Assembly (NCBI GenBank): GCA_002269645.1
Contig: NIVC01002410.1
Location: 1 to 64,000 of the forward strand
DNA length: 64,000 bases
DNA from: Macrostomum lignano
Lineage: Eukaryota
Reading direction: 5' to 3'
The notes beneath the pieces are model-generated. The model did not search any database. It was given only the letters and a program-made list of their open reading frames with translations, and was not told where the DNA came from. The translations under genes and the position numbers were made by a program. How positions within the stretch are numbered: the first letter of the stretch is position 1; each line of letters starts with the position of its first letter. This document shows, in pieces, positions 1 through 9,435 of the stretch.

Positions 1-896
1 CCGAATGTCTTTTAACGATAAAATAAATTGGATGGCTACCGGCAATTGATGCCGCTTTGTACGAACCCGTAATTTGCAATTGGACTGGGTATCAAATCCA
101 ACCACTGCGGCGATATTTTCCAACAGGAAGTTTCGTTGGCGACGCTTCTATATATCGATTATCAAAATGGAGCTAGAATTACTCGTGAAACCTCAGGTGT
201 AAGTGGTGCTTTACAATTTAATTTCCCACATTTTCGTAATATATCCGCCTCCTTCTATTTCCGAGTGCTAATGCTACAGGAGATGGTGCTGACGCTGTTG
301 GTTTATGCATACTGTCATGAACGACCAACAAGTGAATTTGAACTGGATTAACAACCGACGCCGGCTTGATAGTTTTGCGAGTGAATGGCATGACAGAGTT
401 GGGGTTCTTGGAGTAATAAAAAATCAGACGGAGAGCAACAGTTCGTAATGATGTTCTTAATGACGCCGATCAAACGATAACTTATGCAAATATTGATAAT
501 GGCGATTGCATTTATTTGAAATTAATATTTTAAATCAAAGAGTTTGGTATCAATTAAGATCATACAATGTTTCAACCAAAGTTTATACACTAATTGGGCA
601 AACTTTTTTACATATGATAGCGGAACTTGGGGAGAGTTGGATAAAAGGAACTCTTATGGGGTTTTGGTGCTCGAACTGGAGGATCGGATGCTGCACATTT
701 TATTCGTGGTGCCGCCGTTTGTGGTAGCACATCAGCAGGCTATGATTTTGCTGCGACCGCATATTTGAACAACCACCCACACAGATCAGCTATGCTGCGA
801 CCTAGGCGCGATCGCCTAAGGCGCGGACTTCGTCGATCAGTTAAATATTTCTATATAAAATGGCTTTTAGTAGAACTCCATCGATCGGCAAAATAA
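1..896 (+). pseudogene. L-type (legume/bacterial) lectin-domain protein, 5'-partial, several frameshifts
   Basis: Stitching frames gives ...NISASFYF..ATGDGADAV(WF)YAYC... (~240-320) and ...SY(W)GFGARTGGSDAAHFIRG (~650-712). These match the GxDG(F/V)xF and FGFxAxTGG-x4-H-x-(I/V) motifs of L-type lectin folds. The C-terminus is uncertain. Confidence 0.6.
784..837 (+). repeat. Tandem pair of GC-rich double-hairpin elements
   Basis: GAT-cagc(tat)gctg-cgacc(ta)ggcgc-GAT-cgcc(taa)ggcg-cggac(ttc)gtc-GAT, with GATCAG repeated 51 bp apart. Confidence 0.7.
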
Positions 897-1182
897 TGTT
901 ATTATTCCTATTCCTAAACAAGAATCAAATATAAAAACATTCAAATCTCATACCAAATTTTATTTAGTACTGAATGTTCAGGATAATAAGAAGCTTCAAG
1001 AATTAATTAAGTTATTAAAAAATCATATTATACTTCAAGAGTTTTGGAAAATAGGATTTAAATGGGAGAAAAAAGAAAGAATCAACTCCAATACAATACC
1101 TATTGAGCTCGGGACAAATCCCAAAGAGCGCGGGGAATTCATTTTGGTGCTATTAAAAATAGACGAGAATGTCGGTATCTGA
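860..1182 (+). pseudogene. Small hypothetical element protein (~107 aa), one frameshift near 880
   Basis: TATATAAAATG at 860, then an open frame DRQNNVIIPIPKQ...KIDENVGI* from 883 to 1182. No recognisable motif. Confidence 0.35.
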
Positions 1183-1227
1183 AGCAGATAAAGGGAACGC
1201 GACCATTTTAACCAACGTAAAGGTCAC

Positions 1228-1806
1228 ATGTTAAGTAATGTTGATCGTATTAACTATGATTATGATTTATATACTAAAAAAGTAAGAAGAGTTTCAAACC
1301 ATATAAGAAATATGGATTTTTTCAATATTGGATTTGGAAGCTTATCAATGTTATGTGTAATCGTTTTAGGTATTTTACAATCTATTCCAACTCTTAATTT
1401 ATCTCAATTATTTTTAGGTATTTCAATTGGCTCAATATCAGGTTTTGAATTGATCAGAAACTTATCAATACTTTTAGCAATTAAATTATATCTTAAAAAA
1501 AGAAAGGAAAAATATAAATCATTAAGAGATGTTGCCAAGCAATATAAAAATCAATTATATTTATATGTGCAAAAAATATTGGATGATGGAGAGATAACGA
1601 TTCACGAGTTATCAACCGCGGTTGAGTTATATGAAAAATATTTAAAAGATAGAAATAGAATTTTAGATGTTGAAACTTTTACCGATATGGAATTAAAAGA
1701 ATTACGTTTGGACAAACCCAAAGCTCCACCGATAGAAACATTAGGTATTTACGAACCTGAAACTATTGCTACTGGGCACAAAGCCCGCGGTCAGGAAGTG
1801 CTGTAG
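1228..1806 (+). CDS. Polinton/adintovirus 2-TM membrane protein (GasderminX-like)
   Basis: Two hydrophobic helices followed by KKRKEKY...QKILDDGEITIHEL...EKY, which resembles from recall the conserved Polinton KKKKH..AKSKLN..ALxDxEIS..EF protein. The true start may be ATG 1169 with a frameshift near 1190. Confidence 0.55.
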   Translation: MLSNVDRINYDYDLYTKKVRRVSNHIRNMDFFNIGFGSLSMLCVIVLGILQSIPTLNLSQLFLGISIGSISGFELIRNLSILLAIKLYLKKRKEKYKSLRDVAKQYKNQLYLYVQKILDDGEITIHELSTAVELYEKYLKDRNRILDVETFTDMELKELRLDKPKAPPIETLGIYEPETIATGHKARGQEVL

Positions 1807-2314
1807 AACTTAATGTGGTTGGCATCATGTTGTTTGTTTTTTTAATGCATATGTTATATATTCTTCCCAAAGTGGTAACTCTCTTCTGATCTAGGTTTAA
1901 ATTTTTATCAATACATAAAAATTCCAATGACTTTTTCAATAACATTTCGTTAGGTATGTTACCTATCCTTATAAACTTTGTATTCTCTCGAATAAGAAAA
2001 TTGAAATAATATCCAACTAAAATTAAAATCCTTTCAGAGTCTTTCGAACTTAATCCCTTTCCTTTATTTAAATGGAAAAAGTTATTATATAAATAAACAT
2101 TATTTCCGGGAATTAAAATTGGATCAGAAATGTCTCTTGTAAGATTTCTTAAAATTGTGTTTTTAAAATAGTAATATGAGTTTTCAATCTTTTTTGTTTT
2201 TTCAAATTGATATATTTTAGAACATGAATAACACATATGATATATATCTCCGTTTGCTGTTTGCCCTCTGTGCATAGTCACATTACATTTATTACATTCG
2301 TAAATGTCTTTCAT
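1769..2314 (-). CDS. Hypothetical element protein with N-terminal CxxC-x17-CxxC zinc ribbon
   Basis: 181-aa ORF, CNKC...CYSC, A-rich start context. Confidence 0.6.
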   Translation of the reverse strand: MKDIYECNKCNVTMHRGQTANGDIYHMCYSCSKIYQFEKTKKIENSYYYFKNTILRNLTRDISDPILIPGNNVYLYNNFFHLNKGKGLSSKDSERILILVGYYFNFLIRENTKFIRIGNIPNEMLLKKSLEFLCIDKNLNLDQKRVTTLGRIYNICIKKTNNMMPTTLSSTALPDRGLCAQ

Positions 2315-2341
2315 TTTTTTTATTATTTTTTTAGATTAAAA

Positions 2342-2674
2342 ATGGAGAGCTGGTTCAAAACCGATTCTAATGTGATTAATTATCTCACACCCAATATGTT
2401 GGAGAATAAAGAATATAATATTATATGTTTGAGACAGGTTAAATTTATTGGGCTTCAATCAATATTTTTACAATTAGATGGGCAAAAAATTTTATGTCTA
2501 AGCGGAGATGATGTTAAAAATTTTCCTGTTTTAGTTATTAATAAACCTAAAGCGTTTGTTATGAAATACTGCAACGAGGGTGGATTGCAATTTAAACTAA
2601 AACAAACAAATAATAAAAAGAGTGATAGGACTGTAAAATTGGCGGCTGTTTGGGAGGATGACGACGAAGACTAA
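2342..2674 (+). CDS. Hypothetical 110-aa protein with acidic tail (possible SSB)
   Basis: Starts at AAAAATG (2342), divergent from the 2314 gene across a 27-bp gap. Beta-rich pattern, ends WEDDDED. Confidence 0.6.
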   Translation: MESWFKTDSNVINYLTPNMLENKEYNIICLRQVKFIGLQSIFLQLDGQKILCLSGDDVKNFPVLVINKPKAFVMKYCNEGGLQFKLKQTNNKKSDRTVKLAAVWEDDDED

Positions 2675-2689
2675 ATTTTTTATAAGAAA

Positions 2690-3148
2690 ATGGATACGAT
2701 AAAAATCCTTATCACTAAAGAGCGTGAACTTAATGATATTAATAAAAAAATAAATATAATTATATCTCAGAAATATCATGAGTATGGGGACGATATGTTT
2801 CCCATCCGATATGAAATGGATAAAAGAAAACGTTTTATTAAATCTGCAATTGCTTATGCTGAAACAGTAATTGAAATCGAAATAGATAGGTTGGTTAGAA
2901 AAATAAAAAAACTTAGGAAAAAAATAAAGGATTGTTTAAGTTACCCTGACGACTGCGAGGAAAATTGGCCTTCAATATTATATGAAATCGAAATGGATAT
3001 TATGCTTAAACAATTACATGCTTTAGTTTTTTTCCGCCCGAAGGGTCGCGGATTTTATCCGATAAGTAATTTTTCTGTTAATCTCTTCCAGTTATTCAAG
3101 ACTTTTTCCTTATTTAATTTTTTAAGTTCTTTTGGAAATGTTGAATAA
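2690..3148 (+). CDS. Hypothetical helical/coiled-coil element protein
   Basis: 152-aa ORF with AAAATG start. The 3' ~94 nt overlap the end of PolB antisense. Confidence 0.5.
   Translation: MDTIKILITKERELNDINKKINIIISQKYHEYGDDMFPIRYEMDKRKRFIKSAIAYAETVIEIEIDRLVRKIKKLRKKIKDCLSYPDDCEENWPSILYEIEMDIMLKQLHALVFFRPKGRGFYPISNFSVNLFQLFKTFSLFNFLSSFGNVE
3034..3064 (-). repeat. Double-hairpin element at the PolB stop codon
   Basis: Minus strand: TAT-cggat(aaa)atccg-cgaccc(ttc)gggcgg. Confidence 0.7.
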
Positions 3149-3749
3149 TAATTATCTATATCTTTTTCATATTCTAGAAATGTATTATATTCACAATCAC
3201 ATTCGGATTCACAATCACAATCGTAATAATAATTATTTATTGCCGCTTTGTATTCATTATATTTACTTATTATATCTTCTTTTTGTTTTTTATCTTTTAT
3301 CATATTTTTTATCTCTTCTTTTAAACCATATGGATATGTTTTAATTTTATCATCTAAATATCTTTTATCATCAAATGGACTTAATGTTTTTTTATCTGTC
3401 TCGATGACAAACATCTGATGCTTATCTGAATTTAATCGATATTGTGGAGCATGATAATTTTCAATTGTATTAAGGTAATCTAAAAGTACGTTTTTATAAT
3501 CATCAAATGTTATCTTTTTAACTGCTGCCCTTGATACCCCTTTTATTTTTTTACCTCTCCCTCCTGTCCTAAAACTTTAAATGCATAGCATTTTGATCTT
3601 ATTGCTATAAACTCGGTTATGATTTTGCTATTTAATTCATCTTTCATTTTAAGTACAACTTTTTTATTTTGATCTGATTTTAAAGGATGGTTATCCGGAT
3701 AGTCGGAGGTATCCAATGTATCCTTAATTGTTTCCATGTCTTTATAGAC

Positions 3750-3782
3750 ATCGAACCTTTGGTTCGCGGGCTTTGCCCGATC
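3750..3782 (-). repeat. Double-hairpin element in-frame in PolB (RAKPANQRFD)
   Basis: Minus strand: GAT-cgggc(aaa)gcccg-cgaacc(aaa)ggttc-GAT, 30 bp including the duplicated GAT. Confidence 0.8.
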
Positions 3783-5752
3783 CTCTGTTTCAACCTTAAA
3801 TACCAAACTGTCGGTGTCTGCATATATTGGATAGTTATCTGGCCATGTTTTATTTATAACATCATAATAGTATTCATACATTACTAGCTTTGCAAAATCT
3901 AAAACAACCATTCCAATAAATATTGGTTTAAGAAATTTTGTTGTTTTATTTCTCATATGAATACCCATAAAGTTATCATCAAATTTTATAAAGTCTTTAA
4001 AGTTAGGTTTTGAGAAATATTTCTTTGCTTTATCAATATCCTTTTCTAAATGGAATTGGGTTCTATCTCTAATATTTTCAACCGTTTTTCCATAAAAAGC
4101 ATTATTCATTAATTTCCAATAATCTTTCTCAAAATTTGTTTTTGACATCTGTCTCTGATTTGAATTAAAGTCAATATATTTAGCTAACCAATCTTCCTCA
4201 ATAAACGATATTGTTCGATGTACTTTAGACACTTTTAATCCCTGTTTTTCATAAAATTGTAGAAGCTTATAATGCACTACATAGTTTTTCTTATCATGTA
4301 AATTTAATATTAATTTTTTTGTTGCTAGATGTTTTGCATTATCTGCTTTAAGATAATCTTTTTGTGTTTGTGATAAATCATCTTCATTAACTGAACAATG
4401 CTCTGGAGCTAAAGGATATTTATATGTTTTTGCTTTTGCTTCCCGAGTATATTGCAAATCCACTTCTACGATACAGCCCCTTCCTTCGGGAATATTTTTG
4501 TAATAATCGGGGTCATCTTCCATTGGAAATCAGCTATTGGTAATTTTTGTTTCATACAACCACCGTATAAATTGTTTGCATCTAGATATAATACATATGA
4601 TGATTTTTCTTTTTTATTATAATTTGGAAGATACTTATTATTTACTTTAGTATATCTATCTCCTAGTACACCCGAGAATCCGCCGCGAATTCCTCTCTCA
4701 ATCATTAACAACATATCATGATCAGTTAGTAAATCAATCTTAACATCTGTATGTTTCAAACCACAAGCCCATGTTAATCCCGGTGCACTGAAACAATATG
4801 CGGGATCAATTTTAAAATTCTCATATGTATGATTCCTAAAGTTTTCAAATGCATCAGCTAATAGGAGAACATCTGCTTTAAGATATAGATTATGATAATC
4901 TTTAAATGTTTTACAATTAAAGTATTTCCATACTTTTTGAGCGTGTTCATAATCCGATTCACTTATGTTTGTTTGTGATAATGTTGAATAAAACTTTTCA
5001 ATTGGGGGTAATTCGGTATGAGAAAATACCTCTTTAGATGTTACATATTCATATGGGTAGATGCCCTTACGAGTTAATAGCATTAGTTCTTCCTCGGATA
5101 GTTTTTCTTTTTTGAAACGATTCAATAAGATTGGAAAGTTTTTCTTTACTATTTCTAAATCCCATGGTTTTGGAACTAATGATGAAACAACATTTGCTAA
5201 AGATGTTGATAAGAATCTCAAGGAATCTAGAAAAACTAGATGGGAGTATTTCTTACCATATGTTATTGATATGTAATTTTCTGATGTTTTAGGTAATATA
5301 TTTATTTCATATTCATCCTTTCCTAAATGAAGCAATTCTCGAACTAAGAAATGAAAATCATATCCGGAACCATTATGAAAAAATACTGGTATTTCCTTAC
5401 ATCCTTTTCCTTCTTTTGCATTACATGATCTACATGCTGCCCCTCGATAAATTCCCGTTAGATGACAATGTTCTCGTATCTTATTTTTCTTACTTAAATA
5501 TCTTTTGCACATATAACAATTTGTTGCATTTTTATAATTGTTTCTATCCTTACCTGTCATAATAATATTTTTTGATAATTTATCATATTGATTTTGAATA
5601 AATTCAAAAACATTTACTAATTCTTCTGCCATGTGTTTTGCGGCATCCTTACCGTGGTAAGTAATCATCCTTGATTTAAATATATGATCAGCTACAGAGT
5701 GTACATATATACAATAACTATTCGGAAACTGTTGTGCCAATTTTTTTGTGCA

Positions 5753-5785
5753 TTCGTCCCGTAGGGTCGCGTGCTTTGCACGATC
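5753..5785 (-). repeat. Double-hairpin element in-frame in PolB exonuclease region (RAKHATLRDE)
   Basis: Minus strand: GAT-cgtgc(aaa)gcacg-cgaccc(tac)gggac-GAA, 30 bp. Confidence 0.78.
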
Positions 5786-7119
5786 CCCATCATCAGATGC
5801 CGTCTGTGATTCTTTTAAGGGAACATTTGTTGCTTCAAAATCAGCATATATTACTATTGGTTTTTTAACTGCCATATAATGTTGTTGGAACTTTAGGGTT
5901 GCATCTTCAGATGCTGGCATTATAGCATTAGTAAATTTGTGATCTAAACAAAATCGTTGGTGGTTTTTAAGAGCTGTTTCATCCTTTTTAAATGTAAAAC
6001 AATTTCTACATAGTGGATATCTATTTCTATTTTCTCTTAAAAAAGAACTAATATCTTTTATGTATATATAATGTGTTTCATTTTCGCGCTGCATGTACAA
6101 AAGATCGATTTGATCTGGTGCTGTTATATCAGTTGCTGGCTTAACAAGATAACACCTTTTCTTATACCATTCTGGATCGGTTAAAATTTCTTCTAGATCT
6201 TTTGGTTCTTCAATTGTAAACACATTAATATTTAAACCATTCATTTTTTCAATCTTATATATATCATCTATTGCTACTGGGTATGATATGTTTTTCATTA
6301 TTATTTCATCCTCATATTGTCTATAATTATATATTTTATTAATGTGTGATTCTACTTGATTGTGATATTTATGAATTAATAAACACCATAATAAACATTT
6401 ATTATCTTTATTGTCTGGATTTATAATCATAGGTGATTTAAATTTGAGCTTCATATGTGATCGTCCTTTAAGAATTTCAATAGGAACAATCTTTACTATT
6501 GCTGAATTACAGGATACAAATATAAACCCAGATCCGTTTTCTGTCATCTTATCTATCCATTCATCAAACTCAGCTTCTATTTGATCGAATTGATTGTTGT
6601 AATTTCCCAGTGATAATAATGTTTTATATGATTCTTGTGAAAAGTTATTTATTACTTCAATTTCTGAATTTGCATTAAGAATATTTGGTTTTTAAATTCT
6701 GTTTCAACTTCTATTTTATACTTAATTGGCTGTCGTTTGTTATTTGGCCTTATAGTATAATTGATTAATATGGTCTTTAATTTATCTTTCATTTGTTTAA
6801 AATATTCTTTATAATTTGTATTTATATCTATATCTATATATATTACTTCAGCTCCATTTTGTCCTTGTGGTTGGGGGTTATTAATATCATTTAATTGTCT
6901 TTCTAAACGTATCTCATTTTCTGCCCTAATTCTTGCTTCTATTTCAGCCCTATCGGCAATTCGTTGTGCATCGATTTGAGCTATTAATTGTGCTCTAAGT
7001 TCAGGGTTGTCGATTTGAGCTAAAATTGCTTCCATTTTATAGAATAAAATTTATATAATGTTTGAATTATTGATTTTTTAATTTTGCGTTTTTGGTGTCC
7101 AGACCCTCCACCCAGGAGC

Positions 7120-8114
7120 CTATTCGAGATCTGCTTTTGGTAACAGTAATCCATTGCCCATAACGTTTGAATTTAAGAAAATTGCTGAACCTGCTTTTGG
7201 TCGCATTTCGAGATATAATCCGCTTCCGTCGTGTTTTTCAATGATGTTAAAATCTTTTCCTAATTTATTAAAAATTTTCTGAACAGCTGGTCTAAAATTG
7301 GATCCAATATTGTCAAAAAATCCTTTAGCTTTCTCACCCGTTTTTTCTAAAGTTTGACCAAATTCATGTAGTTTATCTGCTACAACTCCGCTTCCTTGGG
7401 TTGTTCCTTGTAAAAGTAAACCATTGCCATGATTTGATCCTTGCAAGAGTAAACCTTTTCCAGCTGATAACCTAGCTTCTGCATTTCTTTTTTGCTCAGC
7501 TGTTGCTGAACTACTATTAATTGTATCGATAAGTTTTTGTTTAAATTGTGCGTCCTGCGTTATTTGCTGTCTTTGAAATTCGGCCTCTCTTTTAGCTTTT
7601 TCGTCCGCAGCTTTTTTGTCATTTACTGCTTTTGCAATTCCAGCTGCTCCACCAGCAACTCCTCCAGCTGCTCCAATTCCTGCAAAAATTATTGGGAGCA
7701 AAGCTGCAAGGGGCAAGATTCCCCCTGTTTCGCTCTTAACTCTCCTAGCTGTTTTACATTATCATGAATTCTTTTTCCGGCTAAACCGACTGCTCCAGCT
7801 GCGCCAAGTCCTAAAAGAAGCGGTAGAATGGGTAGTAATCCGCCGTCCTTTTTAGTGTGAGTCTCCATTAAAAATTTCACATCGGAGTCTGTTAACCTAT
7901 AATTTCTGCCGCGATTCTTAAAGGATATTGGCCTTCCTTCTTGTGCATATTTTGCTGCGAGTTTAAATGTATCGATGTCGTAGTCAAACTTTTTACCTAA
8001 TCGATCCAATCTTTTTAACATTGTGTGGCTATGTTTATTATCATCCAAATCTAAAGTGTCTACAATTTCTCCTATAAAATATAACCGGTTTTCATCATCA
8101 TTAACTGAGCCCAT
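7120..8114 (-). pseudogene. Putative virion core/membrane-lytic precursor (~331 aa), one frameshift
   Basis: ORFs 7689-8114 and 7120-7716 join if C5 at 7721-7725 is C6 (...RAKQGGILPLAALLP...). Contains the Polinton-typical GGxLP..GAAGGVAGGAAGIAKAVND amphipathic motif and repeated GxGLLL. Confidence 0.65.
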
Positions 8115-8124
8115 TTTTATATTG

Positions 8125-8523
8125 TTAAAATTTCTTTAATCCTTTTCCGCCTTTAATTGTGGTTAACATTTTATTAAAATCCTGAATATCTTTATTACTT
8201 ATTGGCGCGCTTTTCGTGGGGGTTTCTGTTGGTTGTGCGGCTTGTGCCAGCTTTAAATCTTTTATTGCATTTATTTGTGAGAGGGTGTCGTTAAAATCTC
8301 TCAATTTCTTTAGTTCTTCTGCCGCTCTAGCTGCTTCAATTCCTCCTTTTACAGCATTTGTTATAGAGCCTGCTGCAGAGCCAGCTTGCCCTATAAGCCC
8401 CATATTGTCTTTAACAAAATTTGCTGCTGTTCCAACCAAATCAAAAAGTCCCTCACCTCGGTATTCAATTGGATCTCCTACCTGCAATTCGTTCAGATTT
8501 TGCATATGTGTAACGTGTGTCAT
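8125..8523 (-). CDS. Putative virion protein with amphipathic helix after GEG (pVI/cupiennin-like)
   Basis: Start AAAAAATG at 8523. YRGEG/LFDLVGTAANFVKDN amphipathic segment; ends IKGGKGLKKF. Confidence 0.6.
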   Translation of the reverse strand: MTHVTHMQNLNELQVGDPIEYRGEGLFDLVGTAANFVKDNMGLIGQAGSAAGSITNAVKGGIEAARAAEELKKLRDFNDTLSQINAIKDLKLAQAAQPTETPTKSAPISNKDIQDFNKMLTTIKGGKGLKKF

Positions 8524-8933
8524 TTTTTGTTCTATTTTTAGTAACAGAAAAAAGAATACGAGAACACACAAAAGAATATTTTTCAACCCAAGATGGTGTA
8601 TATACTGCATTGAGTCATTTTTTTCTGGACGTCCAGAATTTTTCTGGACGATTTGTTAAAAACTTATTCATTGATGGTGGGCACCCCATTTTACTTGTGA
8701 CGCGCGGAGCCTGTCTTCTTCTTCCTGAGAGATGAGCTAGAACTGGGTTGATGGCTGTGGTTTTTATAGAGTTGGATGGCTGAGTGGGCGTTCAATTCCT
8801 GCTACGGCAAGATTTTGCAAGCTAGCCAATAGTGGCTATGAGAGTAATTTTTTGTTGAGTGTTACTATTACCATGACTCAGTTTAAACTCTTTTGTGACC
8901 CTTCGCGCCTGCGGCGCGGGCAAGGGGTTATAG

Positions 8934-9203
8934 AGTAGTAGTATAGAAAAAGACGCTTACAGATCAGACCTTATTTTAATGGCCGTTTTTAAGGTCTTAA
9001 GAGGGGGGACGCGAGGGGGGTGTTGGGGAGTGTTTGGAAGTGTTGGGATTGATTTTTATTGTTAGGGGTGATTATGGGTGATTAGATGTGTTAAGGGTGA
9101 TTAGATGTGTTTTTTTATTTACCCCCCGTGTCCCCCCTCTAGACCCTTAAAACGGTAATTAAAAAAGTGCTCTGGGTCTAGAAGCGTCTTTTTATATACT
9201 ACT
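8934..9203. repeat. Imperfect ~85-bp inverted repeat at the element terminus
   Basis: 8937-~9020 (agtagtatagaaaaagacgctt...gaggggggacgcgaggggggt) is the reverse complement of ~9121-9203 at roughly 75% identity (by eye). Confidence 0.8.
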
Positions 9204-9239
9204 AACGCGTTAGTGCTACACTCAACAACAGTGGCCAGT

Positions 9240-9435
9240 AGCCAACAAGTGGCAACTTTAATCCAACTCATAGCCATAACTCTCCACTCTCTCCTTACTA
9301 GTCTAAGCTGGCCTTGTGTCGCCAACTGCATGCATCACCCACAGTTGAGACGAGAACCGCCGGCGTGGTGTTGCGTCACTTGGGGATGAGATCTTGAGAA
9401 AAGTTGACTACTGGTTTTTGGGTGGAAACTTTACG
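9240..9435 (+). repeat. Dispersed repeat, second copy at ~39050-39200 (-)
   Basis: Shared blocks atagccataactctcc(a/g)ctctctcc, gacgagaac, ttgcgtcacttg, gaaaagtt and ggtggaaacttta. Confidence 0.7.

Larger units (their letters stand above)
3055..7035 (-). pseudogene. polB: Protein-primed DNA polymerase B (pPolB), ~1327 aa when three -1 homopolymer frameshifts are repaired
   Basis: Joins ORFs 6652-7035, 4466-6547, 3543-4523 and 3055-3414. Motifs seen: ENGSGF, CRNC zinc finger, YADFE (ExoI), EHCH..RG..C..CN (EndoVII-like insert), FHNGSGYD (ExoII), KGIYPYEY, YLKADVLLL (ExoIII), YLDANNLYG, KLMNNAFYGK, YADTDS, KGV, LSPFDDKR. Frameshifts at T5 6689-6693, CC 4520-4521 and T7 3546-3552. Confidence 0.95.
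1..9203. mobile_element. Polinton/Maverick (adintovirus-like) endogenous element, right portion (continues left of window)
   Basis: Compact, intronless, AT-rich gene array with protein-primed PolB and (TAT)AAAATG start contexts at 860, 2314, 2342, 2690, 7035, 8114 and 8523. Ends ...TTTTTATATACTACT at 9203, matching the AGTAGT.../...ACTACT termini typical of Polintons. Capsid, integrase, ATPase and protease genes are not in the window, and the 6-bp TSD (candidate AACGCG, 9204-9209) cannot be checked. Confidence 0.88.

Noticed and set aside
1106-1132. Nested GC hairpin gctcggga(caaa)tcccaaagagc as another double-hairpin copy
   Set aside because: It lacks the GAT borders and the second hairpin; at best a degenerate relative.
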